Made by a program: the position numbers and the translations under genes
Notes under the pieces: model-generated
What the model was told of the DNA's origin: nothing
Database searches by the model: none
The model's input: only the letters and a program-made list of their open reading frames with translations
Virus record (IMG/VR): IMGVR_UViG_3300044576_000027
Location: 1 to 52,973 of that record
Reading direction: 5' to 3' (one strand)
Length of the DNA stretch: 52,973 nt
From: a virus
Lineage: Duplodnaviria; Caudoviricetes
In this document: piece after piece, positions 1 to 9,455 of the stretch
Numbering within the stretch: the stretch's first letter is position 1
How the letters are laid out: every line of letters starts with the position of its first letter

Positions 1-1348
1 GTTCTGTATATGAACCATAAGAAAGCCCAAAAATTAGTTTATTTAAGTCAACAGTAGGTAACTCTTCCATAGAGTATAAAGTACCCATATTTTCAGATTC
101 TGTTACCTTTAAAATCTTGTTGTCCTTATAGCATAGCATTCTTACATCGTTCATGATTTCTTCAAAACGCTTATTTGCCATACCTGGAGTAACAGAGAGT
201 GCCATTGTTTTTATTTGAAGAGCAGATAGCTCTTCGTTTGACACAGAAGCTCTTTTTAGTAAATCATAGATCTCTGTTTGAGGCATAGGTTTTTGAAATG
301 TATTTATGGCTGTCTCTCTTGTTTCTCTGAAGAATTTATATGCCTCCACGACATCATCTGCTGTAACTTTTCCTCTCATATTTAAAAATGCTATAATTGA
401 TGCAATTGATTTGATAAGTGATTCAGCACCTTTGTCATACTGATAACCATCAACCATTTTATTTTTGTTTGCAAAGTCAAATAGATCTTTTTTCACAAAG
501 AACAGTTCATCTTCATACTTGTCATCTGATAGCATGCCTATTGAAACAGTACTGTCATTTGCATAATACTCTTCATTGAATACATCTTCAACTTTTTTAA
601 ACCAACTATCAAGCTGTTTCTTAGCCTCAAATTTGACATATTCCTCTTGTTTTAACTCAACCTCTACTTGACTATCAATAACAATAGAACGTCTAAAAAA
701 TCCAGTGCTAGATAGCTTAATTAATACATTCATTGTCTTCTCGTCAACAGCAGACTTTGACCCCATAACTAATACATTTGTAGTGAAGTCCTTAATCTCC
801 TTTTGTTGAACATCATCTTTGGTTCCCTTGATGACTTTTCCTTTAAATTGTTCATCGTAGCACTCTTTGAGCTTTTGAATCATGGTTTTATACTCAGTGA
901 CATTGTCGAGAAATTCATCTCCACTAATATTAACAGAACCAATGTAGCACTTAGATATTGCATAGATTGTCGCATACAATCCCTCTGCACTACCCTCTGG
1001 AGCAATTTCAAGGTCTAAAGGAATTCTTCTTTTTACGTAATGCATTTCACTCTTTTTGTCATTAAGTTCAAATTCATTGTATCTTTCAAAAGCTTCTGTT
1101 AAAACATCACTGTAGTTTTCAAAAGCTTTTTCAAAATAATTCCTAACAACTTTTAAACTAAACGATTTTCCTGATCCTGAATTCGCATAAGCCATAAAGT
1201 AAAACTTAATTCTTGAACCATCAGGATTCTTGAAGTTGTATCTACTCATAGCAACCGAAGTATAATAAAGAATCATACCCTTTATTAGAAGTGGATCTGT
1301 TGTTCTGTCCGATGACTTCACAATCTCGTTTGTTATTTTTTCTAGCAT
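1..1348 (-). CDS. P-loop NTPase, N4 gp43-like primase/ATPase (3' end lies outside the window)
   Basis: Translated by hand from ATG 1348 (SD AAGGAG): MLEKITNEIV...; Walker A AYANSGSGKS and Walker B-like ISGDEF; lies near the helicase in the replication module. Confidence 0.65.
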   Translation of the reverse strand, partial: MLEKITNEIVKSSDRTTDPLLIKGMILYYTSVAMSRYNFKNPDGSRIKFYFMAYANSGSGKSFSLKVVRNYFEKAFENYSDVLTEAFERYNEFELNDKKSEMHYVKRRIPLDLEIAPEGSAEGLYATIYAISKCYIGSVNISGDEFLDNVTEYKTMIQKLKECYDEQFKGKVIKGTKDDVQQKEIKDFTTNVLVMGSKSAVDEKTMNVLIKLSSTGFFRRSIVIDSQVEVELKQEEYVKFEAKKQLDSWFKKVEDVFNEEYYANDSTVSIGMLSDDKYEDELFFVKKDLFDFANKNKMVDGYQYDKGAESLIKSIASIIAFLNMRGKVTADDVVEAYKFFRETRETAINTFQKPMPQTEIYDLLKRASVSNEELSALQIKTMALSVTPGMANKRFEEIMNDVRMLCYKDNKILKVTESENMGTLYSMEELPTVDLNKLIFGLSYGSYTE

Positions 1349-1360
1349 ATAAAACTCCTT

Positions 1361-1771
1361 TTATAAGTTGTCGTAGAAATATTTTGCTTCATCTAGGTAC
1401 TTCTGATTTCTTTTTACATACCAATAAAGAGAGAGATAGTGTTTCTCTGGGTTTATTCTCTTTCGTGGTTCATTTAAGATTATTTGTCTCATCATTCTCC
1501 ATGAAGTATTAATGTCTTTTAATTCCTTTTCTGCCTTGGAATAGGTATCTAAAAATCTTAGTCTATTTCCTTTTTCGGTAACATAAGAATAGATTAGCAT
1601 TGCATCTTCTCTTAATTTTAAAGTGATTTCTCCACTTTTAATAAATCCTTTATGTGGATCACCATTTCCAAATCTACTATAGAAATCATAAGCTTTTGGT
1701 GATGTTATGCTTAATGATTTCATATATGAATTTGACTTTCCTATAGAAGTGTTTTTATCTGTTGTTGTCAT
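1361..1771 (-). CDS. hypothetical protein
   Basis: 136-aa ORF with TAGGAG SD, tightly packed in the operon. Confidence 0.7.
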   Translation of the reverse strand: MTTTDKNTSIGKSNSYMKSLSITSPKAYDFYSRFGNGDPHKGFIKSGEITLKLREDAMLIYSYVTEKGNRLRFLDTYSKAEKELKDINTSWRMMRQIILNEPRKRINPEKHYLSLYWYVKRNQKYLDEAKYFYDNL

Positions 1772-1772
1772 A

Positions 1773-2132
1773 TTAGTCTCCTATCAAAAATTTAATTGTT
1801 TTCACTTCATCATCATTTAGTTTATTTGATGAAATAATATGTTCTGCATTCTTTCTTGCATCTTTCCACTCATCTGTTTCAATTAATAGTATCTTCAGTT
1901 TAAATAGATCTGATATTTCTACTTCAAATTTATTAGACACATCACACACAATAACTCTATTTTCGATTGATTGTGATTTGCTAGTAAAAAGTAACACTCC
2001 TCTTACATTATACTCATCTTTTGAAATTTCAATTGCTTCATCGAAGCTTGGAAGTCTCCATTTCTTGTGGTTCGATACATATTTTAATGCATCGTTTATT
2101 GTCATTTTTTTCTCTAAAATCTTATACTTCAT
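1773..2132 (-). CDS. hypothetical protein with DUF1566/Lcl-like WRLP motif
   Basis: KKWRLPSFDE motif; SD ATAGGAG. Confidence 0.55.
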   Translation of the reverse strand: MKYKILEKKMTINDALKYVSNHKKWRLPSFDEAIEISKDEYNVRGVLLFTSKSQSIENRVIVCDVSNKFEVEISDLFKLKILLIETDEWKDARKNAEHIISSNKLNDDEVKTIKFLIGD

Positions 2133-2153
2133 TTATTCTCCTATATTTTTATT

Positions 2154-3992
2154 TTAGAACGGAATAATATCTTCATCAATATCTATTTCTGGTAATGTTT
2201 TATTGGTTTCATCATTTTCTTGTTTCATGTCCTCAATCTCCTCCAAATGCTTCTTTTCAAGAAACTCTGGAAAGAATCTTAAGGCATAAATACTCTCTTG
2301 AATTTGCTTGTATTTATCTTCAAACTCTTCTGTTGTCACAACACCGTCTTTCAACATCTCAAACTGTCTCATTTTTGAAATATTATACATTTTTGTTTTC
2401 ATAGCTTTAAGCCAATGATCTTTTTTTTCCGGGTATTTTTCAATGACTTTGTAATAAATCTCTAGCAACCATTGAGCTGTTTTTTCATTGTAAAATCCAG
2501 ATACAGTTTTTGTATCATAATTTTGAGACTCATTGTCGTATTTTTTGTAAGTGTATCCAACAGTATCTCTTCCCCATTTATCTTGCATTGGTTCTGAATA
2601 TGCTGTCTTAACAAATGCTAAAAATATCAAGATTAATTCATCAATATTGTCTTCAAGATACCATTTGTCAAGAAGTTGACCTAATCTCATCTCTCCAAGT
2701 CTTAATCCATTAATTGACTCGTTAAACTCTTCGATATTTCTATCTATTGTATCTTGTGTTGATGGCACAAGGTGATGTTTATGGAATAGGAATTTGCTAT
2801 TCTTTAGACCTCTTTTTGCCATATACTCTTTAACCTCTTCATTGGAAGCATCTGGAGGCAATGGAGTAAAATGTTCTTGAAAGTCTCCAAAAGTAACCGA
2901 TGAACCACCGAAATCAATGAAATATTTTGGCATATCTCCATTCTTCCTGGATAGTCTGCCAAAACGTTGGACCGTAGTTGGAAGTCTCTTACTTGGTGCA
3001 GTCATAATTCCAATTTGAATATCGTCAACGCTAAAACCTGTAGTTAACTTATTTACTGACACAAGATGCTTTACTTCTACCTGTTCAATATTGTCAAAGT
3101 TAAAAAGAGTAATCTCTTGTTTAAGAGTAGTATTGTTTCTATATGACTCCATGATTTCACTTGCAAATTTAGTTGAACCATGATAGGCAAATGCATGATA
3201 ACCTCTACTTATTAATTCATTTGCAATTGCTTCACAAGCTTTTACATTTGTTGCAAACCATAGCGTCTTTGTCTCTCGTGGTTCCAAATCTTTTATTTCA
3301 CAGAATTCTTCATATTGGTCAACCATTGTTTTGATTGACTTCTTAGAGTACATTAATGATAACTCTTCATCTGAGTAGTCATTCTCATTTACTGTTGCTT
3401 TGTTTTCAAATCCATTTTGTAAATACAAATTACTAACATAAGTCTCTACATTGGCTACATATCCTCTTTCTATTAGTTCCCTATGCGTAACATTGCTTAC
3501 AATAGTTACGCCATAAAAACCTCTTCCAGATGGCTTATATGGTGTTCCTGATAAACCAACTATATATTCAGATTGAAGTTTACTCTTAATTGACTGAAAT
3601 CTTTTCCCATCTATTCTCACATGAAACTCGTCAACACAAATTAGAGATGCCTTTACCATTGAATATTTGTCGTTTATTCCAGCATAATAAGATGAGTCTA
3701 ATGCAATCTGTATTCTTTCATTTGGATTAAATTTTGCTGGATGTCCAGACAGTATAACACTATAAGAAATATTCATTGACAACAATGTTTCTTCCACCTG
3801 TTCGACTAAATCTGTATATGGAAGTGATATAAAAATTGTTCCATGATACTCTTTACATAATGCAGCGATGATATGGCTTTTTCCGTACGAAACTGAGCCG
3901 TATATACATTGCATTTTAATGTCTTCAAACTCAATATTCATTAATATTTCAGCTAGATCTTTTTCTTGGTAATCTCTCAGTTTTATTTCCAA
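2154..3992 (-). CDS. superfamily 2 DExH helicase
   Basis: Q motif LRDYQ, variant Walker A GSVSYGKS, DEFH, LSGTP, LTTGFSV, QRFGRLSR. Confidence 0.85.
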   Translation of the reverse strand: MEIKLRDYQEKDLAEILMNIEFEDIKMQCIYGSVSYGKSHIIAALCKEYHGTIFISLPYTDLVEQVEETLLSMNISYSVILSGHPAKFNPNERIQIALDSSYYAGINDKYSMVKASLICVDEFHVRIDGKRFQSIKSKLQSEYIVGLSGTPYKPSGRGFYGVTIVSNVTHRELIERGYVANVETYVSNLYLQNGFENKATVNENDYSDEELSLMYSKKSIKTMVDQYEEFCEIKDLEPRETKTLWFATNVKACEAIANELISRGYHAFAYHGSTKFASEIMESYRNNTTLKQEITLFNFDNIEQVEVKHLVSVNKLTTGFSVDDIQIGIMTAPSKRLPTTVQRFGRLSRKNGDMPKYFIDFGGSSVTFGDFQEHFTPLPPDASNEEVKEYMAKRGLKNSKFLFHKHHLVPSTQDTIDRNIEEFNESINGLRLGEMRLGQLLDKWYLEDNIDELILIFLAFVKTAYSEPMQDKWGRDTVGYTYKKYDNESQNYDTKTVSGFYNEKTAQWLLEIYYKVIEKYPEKKDHWLKAMKTKMYNISKMRQFEMLKDGVVTTEEFEDKYKQIQESIYALRFFPEFLEKKHLEEIEDMKQENDETNKTLPEIDIDEDIIPF

Positions 3993-4374
3993 AACTTATC
4001 TCCTTAATATTTTTTATGCCTATAGAGTAGCCATCACATGACATGTATTTGTAAATATCGGCAATAATATTCACATTAACTTTTCTATTTCTTTTAAAAT
4101 CATTTCTGTTAAAAATAGATAGAAATTCCTTAACCTTATTCTCTTTTATTTTTACCCATGAATGAGTTCTAATATACTCTTTGTCTCCATTGCTGTCAAA
4201 AGTAACAAGAGATGTAAAGAGAATATGTTTTCTATTAGCAATCATTCTATAATTACTAATATTTAGATTTGCATTAATTTCTAATGTCTCAATCGGTTTA
4301 TAATAGTCACTATCTTTATACTTTTTCTTGAACTTGCATTCAAGAATTTCAAGCTCTTTTTTTAACTTAAACAT
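3949..4374 (-). CDS. hypothetical protein (possible OB-like fold)
   Basis: 141-aa ORF overlapping its neighbours in the operon. Confidence 0.6.
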   Translation of the reverse strand: MFKLKKELEILECKFKKKYKDSDYYKPIETLEINANLNISNYRMIANRKHILFTSLVTFDSNGDKEYIRTHSWVKIKENKVKEFLSIFNRNDFKRNRKVNVNIIADIYKYMSCDGYSIGIKNIKEISFGNKTERLPRKRSS

Positions 4375-4825
4375 GTCTATCTTTGCCTCCTTTGGTTCTT
4401 ATAAAATCAAATAGAAATATTAATCCACCCCAAAATCCAATGGCTACTAAAATTTGTGGTACTTTTACCAATGCAATAACAATTAGAACCACAAAGAAAA
4501 CAGTAACAAATGGATTCATAAAGAATGACAATAATGTGATATTAGATACATCATCAATTGTTTTGCTTGCAGCATTTAATGAATTCATGTTATAGTCATT
4601 ATTGTAACCGTAGAATATCTCTTTTTTAAGGCTATCAATTTTATCAGAATAGTTGTTATTGTGTCTATATATCTTTTCAAATAATAAAACAGAAAGAAGA
4701 TTAATTCTATCTTCTTCAAGTTCAATTTCATAATCATGTAGTCCATGTGCCTTTGCAGAAATCAAAATATCATCTTTAAGGCTCTTAATTCTCTCATTGT
4801 CTTTTTTAGTGTATTCTCTAATCAT
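4367..4825 (-). CDS. membrane protein
   Basis: Two C-terminal hydrophobic helices. Confidence 0.65.
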   Translation of the reverse strand: MIREYTKKDNERIKSLKDDILISAKAHGLHDYEIELEEDRINLLSVLLFEKIYRHNNNYSDKIDSLKKEIFYGYNNDYNMNSLNAASKTIDDVSNITLLSFFMNPFVTVFFVVLIVIALVKVPQILVAIGFWGGLIFLFDFIRTKGGKDRHV

Positions 4826-4827
4826 TT

Positions 4828-5097
4828 TTATTTTCCTTGTTTTGTTTTTATATTGTCATTTTTTAATTTAACTGTAGTGTTAAAAAGTTCTTTTATTTCT
4901 ACATCTAAAACTCTCATACCAGCCTTTACTTGTACCATTACAGAGTCATTATTGTAGTATCCATTTGATCCTAGGTAGAATGGTTTATATCCTTTATTCG
5001 TTTTCCATTCTTCTGTTATGTCTTTTTGGTTCAAAAAATACATCCCAAACTCATCAACAAGGACTGCTCCATTCTCTTTGTATGTTTCATTATTCAT
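4828..5097 (-). CDS. hypothetical protein
   Basis: 89-aa ORF with AAGGA SD. Confidence 0.65.
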   Translation of the reverse strand: MNNETYKENGAVLVDEFGMYFLNQKDITEEWKTNKGYKPFYLGSNGYYNNDSVMVQVKAGMRVLDVEIKELFNTTVKLKNDNIKTKQGK

Positions 5098-5114
5098 GCT
5101 TTTCCTTTATTATT

Positions 5115-5123
5115 TTGGTATAA
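5115..5123 (+). promoter_or_regulatory. extended -10 promoter TGGTATAAT for the 5154 gene
   Basis: TGnTATAAT about 30 nt upstream of the AGGAG RBS/ATG. Confidence 0.6.
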
Positions 5124-5153
5124 TTTAATCCACAATAGCCAAAGGAGACTAAA

Positions 5154-5630
5154 ATGGATATAAAAAACTTCATTATAAAAAGAATAAATCAATCAAAATT
5201 CAAGAAAATAAAATATTTTCATAATAAAGATAGACTTACTTTATTTGATAAAAAAAATGAAGTTTATTATAATGGTGTTTTTGGGTTTAATAAAAACACA
5301 ATATACCTCACAGATTTAGTTATAGATTTAAATCTTGAAATAAATGATGTCAAATATAATCTCGATTTACTTGACTCTGTAAAAGGAAGAAGATACCAAA
5401 GAGACTATTTTAGAGACAACATCTACAACAAGATAAAAAAATGGTTCAAAAATAGAAAAATAGAAGATTCTGAACTTTTTGAATCTATCATTATGCTAAT
5501 AATAAACGGTTTCAATATTGAACCAATTTTAAAAGAACTTGATTTAATATATAAGAATGAAAACATTGAGTACTCAATGAAATCACTTCTTATGGCTAAG
5601 TATAGAGTATCAACTACTCTTCAATCTTGA
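5154..5630 (+). CDS. hypothetical protein (opposite strand, moron-like)
   Basis: Own promoter and AAAGGAG RBS; opposite orientation to the flanking operon. Confidence 0.7.
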   Translation: MDIKNFIIKRINQSKFKKIKYFHNKDRLTLFDKKNEVYYNGVFGFNKNTIYLTDLVIDLNLEINDVKYNLDLLDSVKGRRYQRDYFRDNIYNKIKKWFKNRKIEDSELFESIIMLIINGFNIEPILKELDLIYKNENIEYSMKSLLMAKYRVSTTLQS

Positions 5631-5814
5631 TTTCAACATACTTAAATTGGTGTCTGAAATCTTCATATACCCAATCTTTCTTTTCTGTATCTGTATAGGT
5701 GCAGAATTCTTCGTAATTTAGTCTTGTAGATGAAGCTAGATACTCTCCAGCATTCATATTGATAATCTCTTCCATTGCATTTGGTTCGTTTCCAGCGATT
5801 ACGATAATTTTCAT
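5614..5814 (-). CDS. hypothetical protein
   Basis: 66-aa ORF with AAGGAG SD. Confidence 0.55.
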   Translation of the reverse strand: MKIIVIAGNEPNAMEEIINMNAGEYLASSTRLNYEEFCTYTDTEKKDWVYEDFRHQFKYVEIKIEE

Positions 5815-5909
5815 CTATTACTCCTTTTTGTCTTTTTCTATATGTTTTTAAAAATATGCAACGATTGTGAACATAAAGCATGTTGCTACAAGTAAAATTA
5901 TACCAAACA

Positions 5910-6725
5910 TTATTTTGTCTTCCTTTTTTTCTTATCAACAAGCGAAATGTATTTTTCTGGAATATTTAGCTTTATCTCTTTTGCCAACATCTCCATTGGA
6001 TACCAAGCAGCACCAGAATCTCTTAGTTTAAGGAAATTTTTCAAGCTTCTTAGATTAATTGTCCAAATAAGACTAACTGATGTATTTTCTGTAACTAATA
6101 CATGTTTTGCATAGTCACCAGCATTACGTTTAGCTTTTGAGTTCATCAACTTATCCATCTTGTTTTCTATTCTATCATTTGAAAAAATAATTTCAATATG
6201 ATTTTTAGTAAAACATTTCTCTTCAAAAGTCCTCTTGTCTTTGTTGACCAAATGTGATAATCCCAGATACACATAATCTAAATCAAGTGTATTGTTTATC
6301 GTTGCAAATACATCTCGATTATATAACTCTACTAAGTCCTTAAATAGGTAAATACCTCTTCTAGTATTGTATGCAATATAAAATGCATACAAGAGCATTG
6401 ATGATGTGTATCTTGTTGATTTTACGCTATATGAAGCTAGTCTATGTCTTGCTAACTCTTGTAGTACACTTCTAGGTATCATTTTAATTTCAAAAGTTAG
6501 ATTGATATGTTCAATGACACTCTCGTGATGATATGACCATACAAGTTCATCTAGAAGTTTAGATTCATCTACATCACATACACCATAGTATTTTTTATCT
6601 CTAATAAAATCACAATCACTTTTATCAAAGCTATCGTAGCAAGTTCTAGCTGCAACTTCACCAAGAAATAATGGTGTGGCATGTAGTAATGTGACTGATG
6701 GTTCTTTAAATGTATTTTGTTTCAT
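5910..6725 (-). CDS. thyX: FAD-dependent thymidylate synthase
   Basis: HHESVIEH, ELARHR-x7-STRY ThyX motif, INLRSLKNFLKLR. Confidence 0.95.
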   Translation of the reverse strand: MKQNTFKEPSVTLLHATPLFLGEVAARTCYDSFDKSDCDFIRDKKYYGVCDVDESKLLDELVWSYHHESVIEHINLTFEIKMIPRSVLQELARHRLASYSVKSTRYTSSMLLYAFYIAYNTRRGIYLFKDLVELYNRDVFATINNTLDLDYVYLGLSHLVNKDKRTFEEKCFTKNHIEIIFSNDRIENKMDKLMNSKAKRNAGDYAKHVLVTENTSVSLIWTINLRSLKNFLKLRDSGAAWYPMEMLAKEIKLNIPEKYISLVDKKKRKTK

Positions 6726-7308
6726 TTTCTTTCTCCTCTGCTAATCTATCTAATACCTTGCAGATCTCGTCTTCATCCCATGCAATAGAATCTTGAATTT
6801 GTTTTCCATACCTATTGTCTATAAGCTCTTTAACATAAGTTTCTCTAGGTACATACTTGACAATACCAATCTTAACTAAATATCTCCATGTTTCTCTTTC
6901 TCCTAAAATATCAGGATAATACATTTTAATAATCTTTCTAAGAGATTTAGTATCGTCAGAGTAAGTAACCAATTTGTGCTTTTGTTGCTCTTCAATAAGT
7001 TTTTGTTGATATTTGATTAGTTGTTCTGTTTGTTCTTCGATAAGTATTAGAAGATTTGCTCTAAGATTATCATTAAACTTGGAAGCAAACAACAAAGCTG
7101 TAAATTTATTCATTACAATAGTTTTATAAGTATTACCTCTTTTTGTTGTAAAGTCACGCTCATCATATGAGAGGAGCGTAAGAATATCTCCTGAAAGGTT
7201 ATCAAGCATCTTATTAAAATCTCTTTTAACATTATCATGTCTTTTACCTGTTGCATCAGCAAACATCTTCAATGTGTATCCGTCTGTTATGGCTGTTAAA
7301 TTATCCAT
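6706..7308 (-). CDS. Rha-family phage regulatory protein
   Basis: FADATGKRHDNVKRDF N-terminal Rha motif; C-terminal domain related to the paralogs. Confidence 0.75.
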   Translation of the reverse strand: MDNLTAITDGYTLKMFADATGKRHDNVKRDFNKMLDNLSGDILTLLSYDERDFTTKRGNTYKTIVMNKFTALLFASKFNDNLRANLLILIEEQTEQLIKYQQKLIEEQQKHKLVTYSDDTKSLRKIIKMYYPDILGERETWRYLVKIGIVKYVPRETYVKELIDNRYGKQIQDSIAWDEDEICKVLDRLAEEKENETKYI

Positions 7309-7336
7309 TTAGTCTCCTATTAGTTTATTTTGAAGC

Positions 7337-7391
7337 AAAAACTTCAATATGCATAAAGAATCGCCAAAAACTTTATACATATTGAAACTCT
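7337..7391 (-). ncRNA. leader hairpin with UUUUUGGCGAUU loop
   Basis: Stem TTCAATATGTATAAAG/CTTTATGCATATTGAA; loop matches those at 8343-8416 and 39022-39099. Confidence 0.55.
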
Positions 7392-7453
7392 TGTTGTTGC
7401 TTTATTCTCGGTGGTTCTTGAATAGATATTAACAGAACCATCGAATAAAAAAA

Positions 7454-8257
7454 CTATAATCCAATTTGCTCTTTATAATATTTAACTTTATCTTCCAGTT
7501 TCTTGATAAAGTCTAATGTTACAGTCACTTCTGGACATCCAGCTTCTTTATATGCATCAATAGCTTTTGCTACAGCTTCAGGTTTAAAATGAGGATTTCC
7601 ATACTTTCTCTCTGCATAACCAATAAAGCCATCTAAGCTTTCAGGAACATCTCTTTTTATTGTTACTTTTGGAGATGTCTCCAAGTATCCATACCATTGA
7701 AGAATATCATTAATGTCTTGTACAGTAAACTCTGTAACGTTTAATAACGTTTTAATGTTTGTAACAGATGTTGAACCATCATGAGCAAATCTCATACCAT
7801 TTTGTTTTAATCTTTCAATCTCAGATTCAAGTTCAGCGATCTTGTCAAGATATTTTGACTCCATCTCAATATACTCTTTTGCTAAAGCTTTATTAAGTTC
7901 CTCTTTCTTTTGAAGCTCAATCTCTTTCTCTTTTACAATTTGTTCCTTAATGAACTTATCACAAGCAATAGCAAAATACTCATTACAATATCTAGCAAAC
8001 GATATAACCAAATCTGGATGGATATAAGTACCCTGTGGTTTTCCCTTTCCAACAACAGTATATTTAAGGTCACTCATATTGAGGGAGCTAAGTTTTGCAA
8101 TTTTTTCTGCATATTCCTTTTCATTTCTCCAATAGTTATCCATACGCTTACCATACTTCTTAGCAACATCAGTCGCGTTAAGCCATAAGCCTTTCGAAAT
8201 AGCAAAAGATACATTCGTATCAAGCAGTGTTGTGTTAGTGAATTTTTGTAATTCCAT
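7454..8257 (-). CDS. KilA-N domain protein
   Basis: WLNATDVAKKYGK...QGTYIHPDLVISFARY KilA-N signature. Confidence 0.85.
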   Translation of the reverse strand: MELQKFTNTTLLDTNVSFAISKGLWLNATDVAKKYGKRMDNYWRNEKEYAEKIAKLSSLNMSDLKYTVVGKGKPQGTYIHPDLVISFARYCNEYFAIACDKFIKEQIVKEKEIELQKKEELNKALAKEYIEMESKYLDKIAELESEIERLKQNGMRFAHDGSTSVTNIKTLLNVTEFTVQDINDILQWYGYLETSPKVTIKRDVPESLDGFIGYAERKYGNPHFKPEAVAKAIDAYKEAGCPEVTVTLDFIKKLEDKVKYYKEQIGL

Positions 8258-8318
8258 ATAATTCCTTATACTTGTGTGCTAAACAAGATTTAAAAAATGT
8301 AAGTTGATTAATTTATAT

Positions 8319-8416
8319 GTGAGAGATTGGCGATTTCTCACTTAAACAACTTCAATATACCTATTTAGCAGAGAAATCGCCAAAAAACCTCTAAATAGGC
8401 ATACTGAAATTGTTTA
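8319..8416 (-). ncRNA. two-hairpin leader with loop-loop complementarity
   Basis: ~26-bp stem with G-U pairs; loop TTGGCGATTTCTC complementary to GAGAAATCGCCAA in the downstream GTGAGA/TCTCAC hairpin. Confidence 0.65.
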
Positions 8417-8417
8417 C

Positions 8418-8456
8418 ATAATTATACTCTATTGTTGATTCATTCTCATTGGTTCT
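8418..8456 (-). promoter_or_regulatory. cassette promoter repeat (GAACCA...TATAAT)
   Basis: 39 nt, one mismatch to 9575-9613; -10 box at 8421-8426. Confidence 0.7.
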
Positions 8457-8499
8457 TGAAGAATATTGATAGAACCATCGAGAATAGATTAAAACTTGG

Positions 8500-8695
8500 A
8501 TAGATAATATTCCAACTGTTCTAGCTACGAACAAAATTAATGTTTTAAAATCAAGAGATAGAGTTTTATGTTTTCTTATCGTTCCATTTACACTTTCTGA
8601 TTCAAATATTGACTGCTCAAATTGAAAAGCCAATAATTAGTTGCTCTATTCCACTTTCATGATAAAATTAATAAAAGATTAAATGTCGCATTGAT
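8500..8695 (-). pseudogene. degenerate Rha-family gene remnant
   Basis: Fragments NATFNL and TLSLDFKTLILFVAR resemble KATFNL and MVDFKTLVWFVTK of the intact paralogs; stops present and no RBS. Confidence 0.5.
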
Positions 8696-9410
8696 TTCTT
8701 TTAGCCTCTTCAATCTTTTCTTTATAGTATCTTGAAATTTGTTCAAATTCATCTACAAGTCTTTCATATTCTGATTTTATTGGTTTTTTGTTTTCAACCC
8801 ATTCTTTGTAAACCTTTTCTATAGTTTCTGGTAAAAAAGATGGAGTATTCCATTTCATTTTTCCAACAAATCCATCAAGTTCATCAGGAATTACTCTTTT
8901 AACAGTAACCTTTGCTTCTGTTCTAACAAAACCTTTCCAAACTAAAGCTGTCCAAATATCAGATTCTTTTGGAGCATCTTCATTTTGAAATGATTCCATA
9001 ATACATCTTCTAACTGTTGCGTGACCATCATCATACATTATTGGTTTTCTTGACTCTTTTACAGCTTCTTTCTTCTCTTTTTCTAGCTTTTCAAAAGCAA
9101 AGTTTATAACATTCATTCTCATATTCTCGTCAAATTTTGTCATTAGCCATAACATTGTTCTTAAATCTAGCGTAAATGTATTTATTGTTTCAATCTTTCC
9201 CTTACCTGTTTCTCTTTGTATTTTTTTGGGTACGACCGTAACGTACCCAATATTTTCTTCCGATAGTTTTGATATTGCAAGATTAAATGTTGCCTTCAGG
9301 TCACTGTGCCTTTTTCCATATTTATCTGCAATATCTTTTAATGTCATGGTAATACCTTGATCTGCAAGAAATTGCTCAGTAGGGCTTAGTTCAATTAATG
9401 ATTTACTCAT
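8679..9410 (-). CDS. Rha-family phage regulatory protein
   Basis: LKDIADKYGKRHSDLK; likely start ATG 9410 (SD AAAGGA) rather than 9482; C-terminus near-identical to 38289-38945. Confidence 0.75.
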   Translation of the reverse strand: MSKSLIELSPTEQFLADQGITMTLKDIADKYGKRHSDLKATFNLAISKLSEENIGYVTVVPKKIQRETGKGKIETINTFTLDLRTMLWLMTKFDENMRMNVINFAFEKLEKEKKEAVKESRKPIMYDDGHATVRRCIMESFQNEDAPKESDIWTALVWKGFVRTEAKVTVKRVIPDELDGFVGKMKWNTPSFLPETIEKVYKEWVENKKPIKSEYERLVDEFEQISRYYKEKIEEAKRNQCDI

Positions 9411-9455
9411 AGGTAATCCTTTCTGGACATTGAAATGTAATTTGATTTTTGAGTA

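Noticed and set aside
5663-5941. 92-aa minus-strand ORF
   Set aside because: Overlaps thyX and the 5614-5814 gene in another frame and lacks an RBS
8391-8633. 80-aa ORF as an intact gene
   Set aside because: TTG start without an RBS; it runs through the promoter repeat and is better explained as a Rha remnant
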